The notes under the pieces were generated by a model, which saw only the letters and a list, made by a program, of their open reading frames with translations, had not been told where the DNA came from and searched no databases. From NCBI GenBank assembly GCA_015067825.1, contig SVLQ01000001.1:396485-460484 (forward strand): DNA of 64,000 nucleotides, in the 5' to 3' direction. Made by a program: the position numbers and the translations under genes. Below, piece by piece: positions 39,175 through 48,084 of this stretch (position 1 is its first letter; each line of letters begins with the position of its first letter). Source of the DNA: Oscillospiraceae bacterium (GTDB taxonomy: Bacteria > Bacillota > Clostridia > Oscillospirales > QAMX01).

Positions 39175-39606
39175 ATGTTGATCGACCAAATCTCTATTTT
39201 TGTCTCCAATCAACAGGGACGACTGACGGACATCACCTCGGTCCTTTCGGATGCGGGCATTGATATCCGTGCGTTTTCGCTCGCAGATACCACGGAATTC
39301 GGCATTCTGCGCCTGATCGTGGACGATCCCGACGGCGCAATGGAGGCTCTCAAAGGTAATAACCTGATCGTTCGTAAGACCAAGGTCATTGCGGCCCGCT
39401 TCGGCGATACACCCGGCTCGTTGAACAAGGTCCTGCAGTATCTCACCGACGCCAATATTCCGATCGAATACGCCTACGCCTTCGTCACGCCGGAAAACAA
39501 CGAAGCCTGCGTGATCCTGCGCGCAGGAGACAACGATCTCGCGTTCAAGATCCTGGCCGAAAACGGCGTAAAACTACTGACTTCCGGAGATATCTGCAAA
39601 TTATGA
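39175..39606 (+). CDS. ACT-domain (amino-acid-binding) protein
   Basis: Two ACT-like halves (ISIFVSNQQGRLTDITSVLSDAGIDIRAF; GDTPGSLNKVLQYLTDANIPIEYAY). RBS AAGGAGG. Confidence 0.85.
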   Translation: MLIDQISIFVSNQQGRLTDITSVLSDAGIDIRAFSLADTTEFGILRLIVDDPDGAMEALKGNNLIVRKTKVIAARFGDTPGSLNKVLQYLTDANIPIEYAYAFVTPENNEACVILRAGDNDLAFKILAENGVKLLTSGDICKL

Positions 39607-40856
39607 GTAATTTGAGCATAGAAGCACTGGTGAAGCAGGCGGAGACGGATATTGCCCCTGCCGTTTCCCGGATCGACGAAATTTCATTTACTAACACGAA
39701 GCGCGTGATGCGTGCATTCGCCGAGCATCGCGTTTCGGAGGCGCATTTTATGGCGACGACCGGCTACGGCTACGACGACAACGGCCGCATCACGTTGGAA
39801 AAAGTCTTCGCCGATGCGCTCTGCGCGCCCGCCGCGCTCGTGCGCCCGCACTTTGCCAACGGCACCCACGCGATCGCCTGTGCGCTATACGGTACGCTGC
39901 GCGCCGGAGATACCCTGCTCTGCGCAACGGATCTCCCCTACGATACGCTGCGTCCCGTCCTGTACGGCGAAAACTGCGGTTCGCTCAAAGACTACGGCAT
40001 CGACTATGCCGTCACGGCGCTTTGCGAAGCCGACGGCAGCTACGAGCACGCCGCCCATTTAGCGCGCCTGCGCGCCGATGCCCGCCGCATTCAGCCGGCC
40101 GCCGCGCTCTTGCAGCGCTCCCGCGGGTATTCGCTGCGCCCGGCGCTGACGGTTTCGCAGCTCGAAGCGCTCGCCGCAGCGATCAAAGAGGAAAGCCCGA
40201 AGACCATCGTTATCATCGATAACTGCTACGGCGAATTCACGGAAGAGCGCGAGCCCGATACCTTCGGCAACGTCGACCTGATCTGCGGTTCGCTGATCAA
40301 GAACCCCGGCGGCGGTCTGGCTCCGACCGGTGGTTACGTCGCCGGCAAGGCGGAATACGTGGAGTTTGCCGCCTGCCGTCTGACCGTCCCCGGCGTTGGC
40401 AGCGAAGTCGGCTCGAACCCCGACGGTTACCGCCTTTATTATCAAGGCCTCTTCTTCGCCCCGCATACCGTTGCCCAGGCGCTCAAGACGGGGGTCTTCG
40501 CCGCCCGCATCTTCGAGCTCTGCGGCTACGAATCCTCGCCCGCAGCTCTCACCCCGCGCACGGATATCATCCAAGCGATCACCTTCAACGCGCCCGAACC
40601 GATGCTCAAGCTGATGCGCGGCATCCAGGCCGGCGCACCGATCGACAGCTACGTCACGCCCGAACCGTGGGCGATGCCGGGCTACGCCGACGAGGTCGTG
40701 ATGGCGGCCGGTGCGTTCATTCAGGGTGCATCGATCGAGCTCTCGGCCGACGGCCCCTTCAAGGCGCCGTACACGGCGTTCCTGCAAGGCGCGCTGACGT
40801 ACGAATCCGGCAAGCTCGGCATCCTGCGTGCGCTGGAAGAAATCTCGGAGATATAG
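39603..40856 (+). CDS. YnbB-like PLP-dependent enzyme (methionine gamma-lyase family / aluminium-resistance family)
   Basis: FTNTKRVMRAFAEHRVSEAHFMATTGYGYDDNGR and GSLIKNPGGGLAPTGGY (PLP-Lys region) match the YnbB family. The ATGA start overlaps the ACT gene stop. Confidence 0.8.
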   Translation: MSNLSIEALVKQAETDIAPAVSRIDEISFTNTKRVMRAFAEHRVSEAHFMATTGYGYDDNGRITLEKVFADALCAPAALVRPHFANGTHAIACALYGTLRAGDTLLCATDLPYDTLRPVLYGENCGSLKDYGIDYAVTALCEADGSYEHAAHLARLRADARRIQPAAALLQRSRGYSLRPALTVSQLEALAAAIKEESPKTIVIIDNCYGEFTEEREPDTFGNVDLICGSLIKNPGGGLAPTGGYVAGKAEYVEFAACRLTVPGVGSEVGSNPDGYRLYYQGLFFAPHTVAQALKTGVFAARIFELCGYESSPAALTPRTDIIQAITFNAPEPMLKLMRGIQAGAPIDSYVTPEPWAMPGYADEVVMAAGAFIQGASIELSADGPFKAPYTAFLQGALTYESGKLGILRALEEISEI

Positions 40857-40889
40857 GAAAAAGGATTTAATCGCCACCATTATAAAAAT

Positions 40890-40954
40890 AAAACTATAAA
40901 TCGGCACTTATTATCTGTTTTATATGGATAATAGGTGCCGATTTATAGTTTTTT
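40890..40954 (+). terminator. Very long hairpin/terminator at the GC-to-AT junction
   Basis: 26-nt arms at 40890-40915 and 40927-40952 (one mismatch), 11-nt loop, followed by TTTT. Confidence 0.8.
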
Positions 40955-41020
40955 ATTTAACCATGTTTTAAGTTTTTTATATATATGTATGTATCTATGT
41001 AAATATAATTTCTGTATATA

Positions 41021-41049
41021 TTGACATTTTCAGTTTATAGAGTTATACT
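41021..41049 (+). promoter_or_regulatory. Strong sigma-A-type promoter of the AT-rich islet
   Basis: TTGACA (41021-41026), 17-nt spacer, TATACT (41044-41049). Confidence 0.6.
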
Positions 41050-41140
41050 TTTTATTGATCAAAGGAGGGATAATTATGCCACCATAAATTTTCAGACTAT
41101 CTATTTTTAAATTATTTATTATCTATTTAGGGAGGGTATC

Positions 41141-41902
41141 ATGAAAATACATAAAGTGAAAGTTTCTGTATGTATTATCAGCATTCTTTTCTCTATCCTA
41201 GGCACCTCTTCTATCTCATTCGCAGATTGTACGTTACCGCCGCAGGTTACTGTTGAGGCAATGGGTGAAGACATCTATCAGATGATTGATGATTATGAAT
41301 CCGGAATTTATAAGGCAACTATTGAGGATCCGAATTTTAATGCCAAAGCACTTTTTTCGGAACCGGCGAATTCCTCCAATGATCTAATCAAAGAGGATAT
41401 TTATCAAGTTAAATGTTTAGATGCACAAAACAATACATATGAGGCCACCTGTATTTCTAAATATTCCACCCGTTCGCTCGGATTAGAGAGAGAAGAACAG
41501 GCTGAACACAAAAACGTATACATTATGGTACGCATTGTGTATAACACGATTTCAATTACGAGCGGTGGCGGTTCCTTCACAGCATACAATATTACAACGG
41601 TGAAAGGAGGCGTTGTGCGGACCACCAATTTACATGTTGTTTCTCATGTTAAGCTAAGTAGCACAGGTAATGGGCAAGCCTATGACGCATCAGGTAACCG
41701 TGTCGGTATCAAACGCGAGGGAACTAGTCAAATGATTACATATCTTCCCGTTACAGGTCAGGTTTATAGTATTCCTTCCGAAATCAACTATTATTACATC
41801 CCTGGTTCAGGCGGCGGTACAGGCGGTATAAACGAGTGCCGAATCATCGGGGCTCATACGTCTTACGAGTACCTTTTAGAGGCCTCGGCAGGATGGGTTT
41901 AA
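41141..41902 (+). CDS. Secreted hypothetical protein (253 aa)
   Basis: Sec-type signal MKIHKVKVSVCIISILFSILGTSSISFA. RBS GGGAGGG. I recognise no family motif. Low GC (21 of 60 in line 41161-41220). Confidence 0.7.
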   Translation: MKIHKVKVSVCIISILFSILGTSSISFADCTLPPQVTVEAMGEDIYQMIDDYESGIYKATIEDPNFNAKALFSEPANSSNDLIKEDIYQVKCLDAQNNTYEATCISKYSTRSLGLEREEQAEHKNVYIMVRIVYNTISITSGGGSFTAYNITTVKGGVVRTTNLHVVSHVKLSSTGNGQAYDASGNRVGIKREGTSQMITYLPVTGQVYSIPSEINYYYIPGSGGGTGGINECRIIGAHTSYEYLLEASAGWV

Positions 41903-41918
41903 TGAACAAGTTAGTACC

Positions 41919-42320
41919 ATGCAAAAAAAACTCTATTTTATAATATCCGTTTTGATATCCGCAGGAGTCTATGTGTTTGGCGGACAAGCTGTCCAGCTTG
42001 CTGAAACATATAGAAAAAAAGAATTTCTCGCTATTTCTCCTTGGAATATTATGGAGGTGCTCTACCCGCTACTGTTGTTCGGCGCGCTGCTGTTTCTGTA
42101 CCAGTGCGCCGTGGCATTGTTCCGAAAAAAAAACGTCGTCACCGCTGTGCTGCTCGCTATCAGTCTTGTGTTAGCTTTCCTACACTTACTTCTTTTTTGG
42201 ATTCCGTCCGGCAACATCGGAGGCATGATATGGGCGCCAGCCCGACGAGCCTCACCGGTCATGGCCTGTTACTCGGTGTGGCTGATCTATGCACTCCTTC
42301 GGTACCGGAGAGAGAGGTAA
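41919..42320 (+). CDS. Small four-TM membrane protein (hypothetical)
   Basis: Four hydrophobic helices in 133 aa. It starts 16 nt after the secreted-protein gene. The RBS is weak. Confidence 0.55.
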   Translation: MQKKLYFIISVLISAGVYVFGGQAVQLAETYRKKEFLAISPWNIMEVLYPLLLFGALLFLYQCAVALFRKKNVVTAVLLAISLVLAFLHLLLFWIPSGNIGGMIWAPARRASPVMACYSVWLIYALLRYRRER

Positions 42321-42389
42321 GCCTCCTTTCGCAAAACACCCCTCTTGGCTGGCACTCATCATAACCATTTCCTGCTAAGGAACAATTTT

Positions 42390-42427
42390 CAGCCCTGCCG
42401 GAACCCATCCGGCAGGGCTGATTTTTA
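42390..42427 (+). terminator. Rho-independent terminator closing the islet
   Basis: CAGCCCTGCCGGA (42390-42402) pairs with TCCGGCAGGGCTG (42408-42420), followed by ATTTTT. Confidence 0.75.
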
Positions 42428-42511
42428 ATGACGCGGTTTTCAAACAAAGAACGGGCTTCGCGTCATGTGTCCGAATCAACACGCATCCGCTCCGCCGCCA
42501 GTTGAAACCCG

Positions 42512-43252
42512 TCAGGCGTCTTCCTGGCCGGCTTTTTCGACCAAGCCCTGCAGGTACTCGACTTCTTTTCTGGTCGCCGGGCGGCATTCGCCGGGCTTCA
42601 TGCCTTCCAGCTTCAGTTTGCCCTCGGCGACACGCACCAGTCGGCGTACGGTCAAACCGGCCGCTTCGCACATCTTACGCACTTGGCGGTTATGGCCTTG
42701 GGTAATGACCACCGAGAGAACCGTTTTTTCTTCGATCGTTTTGATCACGCGCACTCTGGCCGGTGCGGTATGGAAGCCGTCTTCCAGTTCCATGCCTGCC
42801 TCAAACTTCGGGATCGCCGTTTCGACGTCGCCGAGAACCGTCACGTGATATTCTTTTTCGATGCCGCCGGAGGGATGCATCATCAGCTTGGCGAGCTCGC
42901 CGTCATTGGTCATCAGAAGCAAGCCTTCCGACGCCATATCCAGCCGGCCGACCGGATAGACGCGTTCGTTGACGTCCTCAACCAGCTCCATAACCGTTTT
43001 GCGGCCGCGTTCGTCCGATGCCGTCGTCACGTAGCCGCGCGGCTTGTAGACGAGCAGATAGGTATCCTTCTGGCGTTTGCCGGCAATGCGCTTGCCGTCG
43101 ATGGTGATCAGGTCGTTTTTCGTATCGCACTGCGCACCGATCACGATGCGGCGGCCGTTGACCTTCACGCGGCCCTCCATGATCAGTTTCTCTGCCGCTC
43201 GGCGCGAGCAGACACCGCGCTCGGCGATGATCTTCTGTACTCTTTCTTTCAA
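42512..43252 (-). CDS. rluB: 23S rRNA pseudouridine synthase, RsuA/RluB family
   Basis: S4 domain (RVQKIIAERGVCSRRAAEKLI) and catalytic GRLDMASEGLLLMTNDGEL. TTG start at 43252 with AAGAGG 8 nt upstream. Confidence 0.9.
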   Translation of the reverse strand: MKERVQKIIAERGVCSRRAAEKLIMEGRVKVNGRRIVIGAQCDTKNDLITIDGKRIAGKRQKDTYLLVYKPRGYVTTASDERGRKTVMELVEDVNERVYPVGRLDMASEGLLLMTNDGELAKLMMHPSGGIEKEYHVTVLGDVETAIPKFEAGMELEDGFHTAPARVRVIKTIEEKTVLSVVITQGHNRQVRKMCEAAGLTVRRLVRVAEGKLKLEGMKPGECRPATRKEVEYLQGLVEKAGQEDA

Positions 43253-43303
43253 GGTATAACCTCTTTCAAACCGCGCATTTTTTCCAAAACGCGCGTCATT
43301 TCC

Positions 43304-44374
43304 TTAGTAGTTGGCGGTCGGAGCAGTCTGCACTGCAACCGATCCGTTCAAGCGGAGTTCGGCAACTGCAACGCTCCGCCCATCCAGCATCCACAAAACC
43401 CTGCCCACCGCCGTACCGAACGCAAGCGGCGCATAGTCAAACCGCGGCAGTTCGATCACAATTTGCAGGCGTTTTCGTTCCTCTGCCGTCAGTGAGATCT
43501 CTGCCGCATCCGTCAACAGAGGTACGGTATCGCAGTCACCGCCGACGACACAAAGCGAAAGCTCCGGCAGCAGAGACGACAGGTCGAGCATTTCGAAGCG
43601 GGCAAATGCCGAATCGTAGAGCGTTTTGTGGTCGTCCCAGTCGTCAGGTGCGTTCAGTGTGACAACGACAAGTCGGCGGCCGTTGCGGATCGCGGTCGAC
43701 ACAAGGCAGCGGCCCGCCGCCTTGGTATAGCCGGTTTTGCCGCCGTCCACGCCTTCGACCGTATGCAGCAGGCGATTGTGGTTGACGACCGTACGGCCAT
43801 CCAGAACCGCCTCACGCGTGCCGCAGATTCGGGCAAACACCTCGTTCCGCATGGCCTCGGCCATGAGCATCGCGAGATCTTCGGCCGACGAATAGTGAGT
43901 TTCATCCGGCAATCCGCTGGGATTTTGGAAGTGCGTGTTTTTCAGCCCAAGCAGCACAGCTCTTTCGTTCATCTGCGCGACAAAGGCCTCAACCGATCCC
44001 GCCGCTGCCTCGGCTAAGGCCAAAGCGGCATCGTTCCCGCTGGCAAGCAGCAAGCCGTAGAGCAGATCGGAGACCGAGATCGTTTCGCCGGCACGCAGAT
44101 ACATCTTTGACCCCTCGGCTAAGGTATGCGACTCCGAGATCGTCACAGTCTTCTCCGGTGAGAGCGATTCGAGCACGAGAAGCGCCGTCATGATTTTCGT
44201 CGTTGAGGCGCACGGCAGGCGCAGATCGGCGTTTTGCGCCGCAAAGATCTCGCCGCTTTCGGCATCCAACACAACGTAGGCCTGTGCGCTGATCTCCGCG
44301 GCAGAAACGCGCAGACAAACAGGCACAAGCAGAAAAAAGCTCAGCAACAAGGCTGTGAGCCGGATCGGTTTCAT
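43304..44374 (-). CDS. dacB: D-alanyl-D-alanine carboxypeptidase (S11 penicillin-binding protein)
   Basis: Signal peptide. SxxK (ASTTK), SGN (LASGNDAA) and KTG (GGKTGYT) boxes. Confidence 0.9.
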   Translation of the reverse strand: MKPIRLTALLLSFFLLVPVCLRVSAAEISAQAYVVLDAESGEIFAAQNADLRLPCASTTKIMTALLVLESLSPEKTVTISESHTLAEGSKMYLRAGETISVSDLLYGLLLASGNDAALALAEAAAGSVEAFVAQMNERAVLLGLKNTHFQNPSGLPDETHYSSAEDLAMLMAEAMRNEVFARICGTREAVLDGRTVVNHNRLLHTVEGVDGGKTGYTKAAGRCLVSTAIRNGRRLVVVTLNAPDDWDDHKTLYDSAFARFEMLDLSSLLPELSLCVVGGDCDTVPLLTDAAEISLTAEERKRLQIVIELPRFDYAPLAFGTAVGRVLWMLDGRSVAVAELRLNGSVAVQTAPTANY

Positions 44375-44436
44375 AAACTCCCCTCACCCATCAAGAGATA
44401 CTCTATCCTATGGGCGAAGGTGGGATTTTAGAAGTA

Positions 44437-44958
44437 TTACTGGGCGTCGGTTTCCGCTTCGGCGGTCTGGCCGACCACGGCAATTTCGCCGTCGCCTTCT
44501 TCGGCGGCCTTGGCAGCCTTCTTGGCCTTGCGGTCGGCGAGGAACGCTTCGACCTTTTCGATCAGGCCCGGAACCGTCTCGACGGCCTTTTCGACTGTGG
44601 CGATGATGCTGCTGGGCGACACAGGTGCCGCGACCGTACCGCCGGCCGGCAGAACGTCGACGCGGTCGCCGCGGATGACGATGAACGAGACCGGCGTGAT
44701 CTCAACGCCCGCTCCGCCGCCGCCACCAAACAGCACGGCATTGGAATTGTGGCGCGTATTGAAGTCCGAACCACCCGTGCCGAAACCGCACGAGAGCTTG
44801 GAAACAGGGATCACGGTCACGCCGTCGGGCGTAACGACCGGCTTGCCGATGATCGTTTCGGCATCGCCGAGCTCACGCACTTTGGCCAAAGTGGTCTCCA
44901 TGAGTTTGGTGATCGGATGAGTCTTGGGGTCGGTCGGTTTTTTCGTGGTATCCGCCAT
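44437..44958 (-). CDS. ytfJ: Sporulation protein YtfJ (GerW family)
   Basis: IIGKPVVTPDGVTVIPVSKLSCGFGTGGSDF...GGGGGAGVEITPVSFIVI is the YtfJ/GerW pattern. RBS AAGGAGG. Confidence 0.88.
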   Translation of the reverse strand: MADTTKKPTDPKTHPITKLMETTLAKVRELGDAETIIGKPVVTPDGVTVIPVSKLSCGFGTGGSDFNTRHNSNAVLFGGGGGAGVEITPVSFIVIRGDRVDVLPAGGTVAAPVSPSSIIATVEKAVETVPGLIEKVEAFLADRKAKKAAKAAEEGDGEIAVVGQTAEAETDAQ

Positions 44959-45036
44959 ATTATTTCCTCCTTTTGATCGTTCCGCAGGAAAATCCGGGAA
45001 GGTAAATTGTTGATTGTATCCGCAGGTGCGGATCGG

Positions 45037-45891
45037 TTACGCGGGTGGGAGCTGCGCGGGCGTTTCGGCTTTGGGTTCGGATTCCGATTCGCTTCTGCCG
45101 CTGACGGTGAGTTCTTCGGTCTTGGGCTGGGGCTTGCAGTAGATCAGCTTGTTGCGCTTGAAGGAGCGCCAGAACGCAAGAGCCGCGCGCAGGAATTTAT
45201 ACAGAGTGATCGTCACGGTGAGATCGAACTTGATCTGCGTTTTGTTGTGGGCAAAATCGGGATTGACGTGGATACGGTGGCGCTTGATGTGGAAGATACG
45301 CGTCACGTACGGGTAAAGGATCCCGAAGTATTCCGCCGCTTTGCCGTAGTTGCGGCCGGTTTCGGCCGGGCCGTCGCCGCCGATGGTGGCGACCAGCGTC
45401 AGATCGCGCACGCAGAAGAGCTTGGCGTAGGGATAATCGTAGTCGCGGAGAGAAGCCCACAGCGCCCGCACCATACCGAGGGTATCTTTTTCCTTCGGCG
45501 GTTTCGGCAGCTTTTTCGATTTCTTTTTCTTCTTTTTGGTCTTGGGCTTCGGCGGTTTGTTTTTCGCCTTTTCGGCCTTCCGCCGTGCCTTTTCTTCGGC
45601 TTTTTGTTTTTTCTTTTCTTTTTTGGCTTTTTTCTTGGCGGCTTTGGCATCTTTTTTGGCTTTTTTCGCCGCTTTTTCTTCTTCGGTCAGTTCTTTTCCC
45701 GGCGAGAGCTTGATTTTGAAAAACCAGATCTTCAGCCAGACGTGCATTTTTTCGTAGCCGTTATTCAGCCGCACACCGATGGGCAGGACGAGAAGCAGGA
45801 TCACGATGAGCAGCACGAGCGCGAGGATCCCGCCGAGCAAGGCGAGAATACCCAAGAAGATCCACAAGAGGATATTCAGCGCAGTCATCAT
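45037..45891 (-). CDS. DUF2953-family (YtfI-like) sporulation-associated membrane protein with a Lys-rich insert
   Basis: N-terminal TM, a roughly 70-aa K/A/E/P run, and a conserved C-terminal half (YPYVTRIFHIKRHRIHVNPDF). It sits upstream of ytfJ, as in Bacillus ytfI-ytfJ. Confidence 0.7.
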   Translation of the reverse strand: MMTALNILLWIFLGILALLGGILALVLLIVILLLVLPIGVRLNNGYEKMHVWLKIWFFKIKLSPGKELTEEEKAAKKAKKDAKAAKKKAKKEKKKQKAEEKARRKAEKAKNKPPKPKTKKKKKKSKKLPKPPKEKDTLGMVRALWASLRDYDYPYAKLFCVRDLTLVATIGGDGPAETGRNYGKAAEYFGILYPYVTRIFHIKRHRIHVNPDFAHNKTQIKFDLTVTITLYKFLRAALAFWRSFKRNKLIYCKPQPKTEELTVSGRSESESEPKAETPAQLPPA

Positions 45892-45931
45892 AATCTACTC
45901 CCCCTTTCCTCAAAAGTAACGGTGATGCGGC

Positions 45932-46573
45932 TCAGGCTTCGGATTCTTCCGGTACAACTTCCGCTTCGGTCACTTGTTCCGATTCCGCGCCGGCCAGTTT
46001 CAGTTGTCCTTCGGCCGCCTGTTCCAGTTCCATATTCGGGAGCTGCAGTTGGCCGTCGGCCCCCTCTTCGGGCAGCGGCGTCAGATCCGCGAGCGACGAC
46101 AGACCGAACACGCGCAGGAATTGCTCGGTCGTTTTGAAAAGCACCGGTCTTCCCGGAACTTCCAGACGTCCGGCTTCCTCCAGAAAGCCTTTTTCCGCCA
46201 GCGACGACACCGTATAGGCGCTGTCGACACCGCGCACCTGCTCGATATACGCACGCGTGACCGGCTGGCGGTAGGCGACGATCGCCAACACCTCGAGCGC
46301 GGCCTGCGAAAGTGCAGGAGCCTTGCGGGTTTCGAGTGCAACACGGATACAGGCGGCGTAGTCGCCGCGCGTACAGAGCTGCGCTTTGTCGTTCAGACGG
46401 ATCAGGCGCAGTCCGCTGTTTTCAGACTCCAACCTTGCTGCCAGCGCCGTCAGCACTTCTTCCGCGTCGGCCGTGCTCTGATCGAGCGCAAGCGCGATGC
46501 GGTCGACGGAAACAGGTTCGCCGGCGGCAAAGAGGATCGCCTCCGCGGCGGCGACACATTGATAAAATTCCAT
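45932..46573 (-). CDS. scpB: Segregation and condensation protein B
   Basis: AAEAILFAAGEPVSVDRIA...LSQAALEVLAIVAYRQPVTRAYIEQVRGV...GRPVLFKTTEQFL. Confidence 0.92.
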   Translation of the reverse strand: MEFYQCVAAAEAILFAAGEPVSVDRIALALDQSTADAEEVLTALAARLESENSGLRLIRLNDKAQLCTRGDYAACIRVALETRKAPALSQAALEVLAIVAYRQPVTRAYIEQVRGVDSAYTVSSLAEKGFLEEAGRLEVPGRPVLFKTTEQFLRVFGLSSLADLTPLPEEGADGQLQLPNMELEQAAEGQLKLAGAESEQVTEAEVVPEESEA

Positions 46574-46575
46574 AG

Positions 46576-47328
46576 CTACGATAAACTCTCCGTTTTCATT
46601 TCGTCTTCCTCCACGCGGATCGTCGCGCAGTCATCGTCATCGATCCAGATCAGACTGTCGCGGCACAGCTCTAAAAGTGCAAGGAAGGTCGCGATTGCCG
46701 CGTGGCGACTGCCGGCTTCGGCAAGGATATCCATGATGCTCGCCTTGTGCTGGCTGCGGATCAGGGCCAGTACGCGCTTGGAAGCGTCCTCGATCGTTTC
46801 GCTTTCACGGCCGACGAGTTCGGAAAACACCTGCGGCAGCGGCTCGGCTTCGATCTCTTTGTTCGACGCCGCCATCCGCAAAAGCGCAGCCAATAACTCG
46901 GCCTCATCGTGGCGGCGGGTATACTCGGGTTTACCGGGCAGCGGCTCGGCATCCTTGACACACAGCTCGCCCATCTGCTTTGCGCGTTGGCCGAGCCATG
47001 CGGAAGCCATTTTGAAGAGGCGGTATTCCTCCAGTCGGCGCACCAGTTCGCGGCGAGGATCTTCCTCGGCCGTTTTTTCCGGGCGCGGCAGCAGCATGCG
47101 CGATTTGATCAGGATCAGCTGCGCGGCCATGACGATAAAATCGCTCGTGACCTCAATGTTTAACGACCGCATCGCCTCCAGATAGGAGAGATATTGGTCG
47201 AGGATCATAGCGATCGGGATATCGTCGATCGACACCTTGTTTTTGGAGATCAGGTGCATCAGGAGATCGAGCGGACCTTCAAACCCATCCAGTCGGAAGG
47301 TCACGTCGGTCATTTCGGTGAATTCCAT
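46576..47328 (-). CDS. scpA: Segregation and condensation protein A
   Basis: FRLDGFEGPLDLLMHLISKNKVSIDDIPIAMILDQYL. Adjacent to scpB. Confidence 0.92.
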   Translation of the reverse strand: MEFTEMTDVTFRLDGFEGPLDLLMHLISKNKVSIDDIPIAMILDQYLSYLEAMRSLNIEVTSDFIVMAAQLILIKSRMLLPRPEKTAEEDPRRELVRRLEEYRLFKMASAWLGQRAKQMGELCVKDAEPLPGKPEYTRRHDEAELLAALLRMAASNKEIEAEPLPQVFSELVGRESETIEDASKRVLALIRSQHKASIMDILAEAGSRHAAIATFLALLELCRDSLIWIDDDDCATIRVEEDEMKTESLS

Positions 47329-47344
47329 CCGTGTTCCGCCGTTT

Positions 47345-48082
47345 CTACAAGAATAAGTTAAAGACAGGCTCTAAAATGTCGATGAAGAGATTCCCGACAA
47401 ACGAGCGGGCAATGCCGAGATAATAGCTCAGGTCGAACCAACGCGTGATCGACGAAGAGACGTGCAGGATGTTTAGGAACCGGCCGGGCAGATCGAACAA
47501 CAGCACGATCAGCACGATAAAGCCGTAGCGCTCATACTGCAGCACCTTGTTGTAGGCGCGCATGGGAAGAAACGCCGCGAGGATCTTGGACCCGTCGAGC
47601 GGCGAGATCGGGATCAGGTTGAAGATTGCAAGACCAATATTCAGGCTGATCGCCGTCACAAGCAGCTGGTAGATCACAAGCAGCACGGTCATATACGTTC
47701 CGCTCTCGCCAGCAAACAGGCGCGTATTGTAGCGGATGGCGACGAACATCGACACAGCCGTCAGCAGAAACGCCGTCAGGATATTGGCGATCGGGCCGGC
47801 AAGCGCGACCAGGCTCATCCCAAGCTTTTTGCGCTTATAGTAGCGCGGATCGACCATGACCGGCTTCGCCCAGCCGAAATGCACGAGGAACAGCAGCAGA
47901 AAACCGATCGGGTCGATATGGCGCATCGGGTTCATCGAGAGTCGGCCGGTCGCTTTGGGCAGCGGGTCACCGAGCTTTGTCGAGACAAATGCGTGGGCAA
48001 ATTCGTGGATCGTCAGCGCGAGAATAATGCCCGGCAAGAGGTACAGCGCGTCGGTGAGAAAATCCTTGAGGTAGGCACCCAT
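47345..48082 (-). CDS. Site-2 protease family (M50) membrane metalloprotease
   Basis: HEFAHAF HExxH motif in TM1 and NLIPISPLDGSKIL (NxxPxxxLDG) motif. Confidence 0.85.
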   Translation of the reverse strand: MGAYLKDFLTDALYLLPGIILALTIHEFAHAFVSTKLGDPLPKATGRLSMNPMRHIDPIGFLLLFLVHFGWAKPVMVDPRYYKRKKLGMSLVALAGPIANILTAFLLTAVSMFVAIRYNTRLFAGESGTYMTVLLVIYQLLVTAISLNIGLAIFNLIPISPLDGSKILAAFLPMRAYNKVLQYERYGFIVLIVLLFDLPGRFLNILHVSSSITRWFDLSYYLGIARSFVGNLFIDILEPVFNLFL

Positions 48083-48084
48083 GC

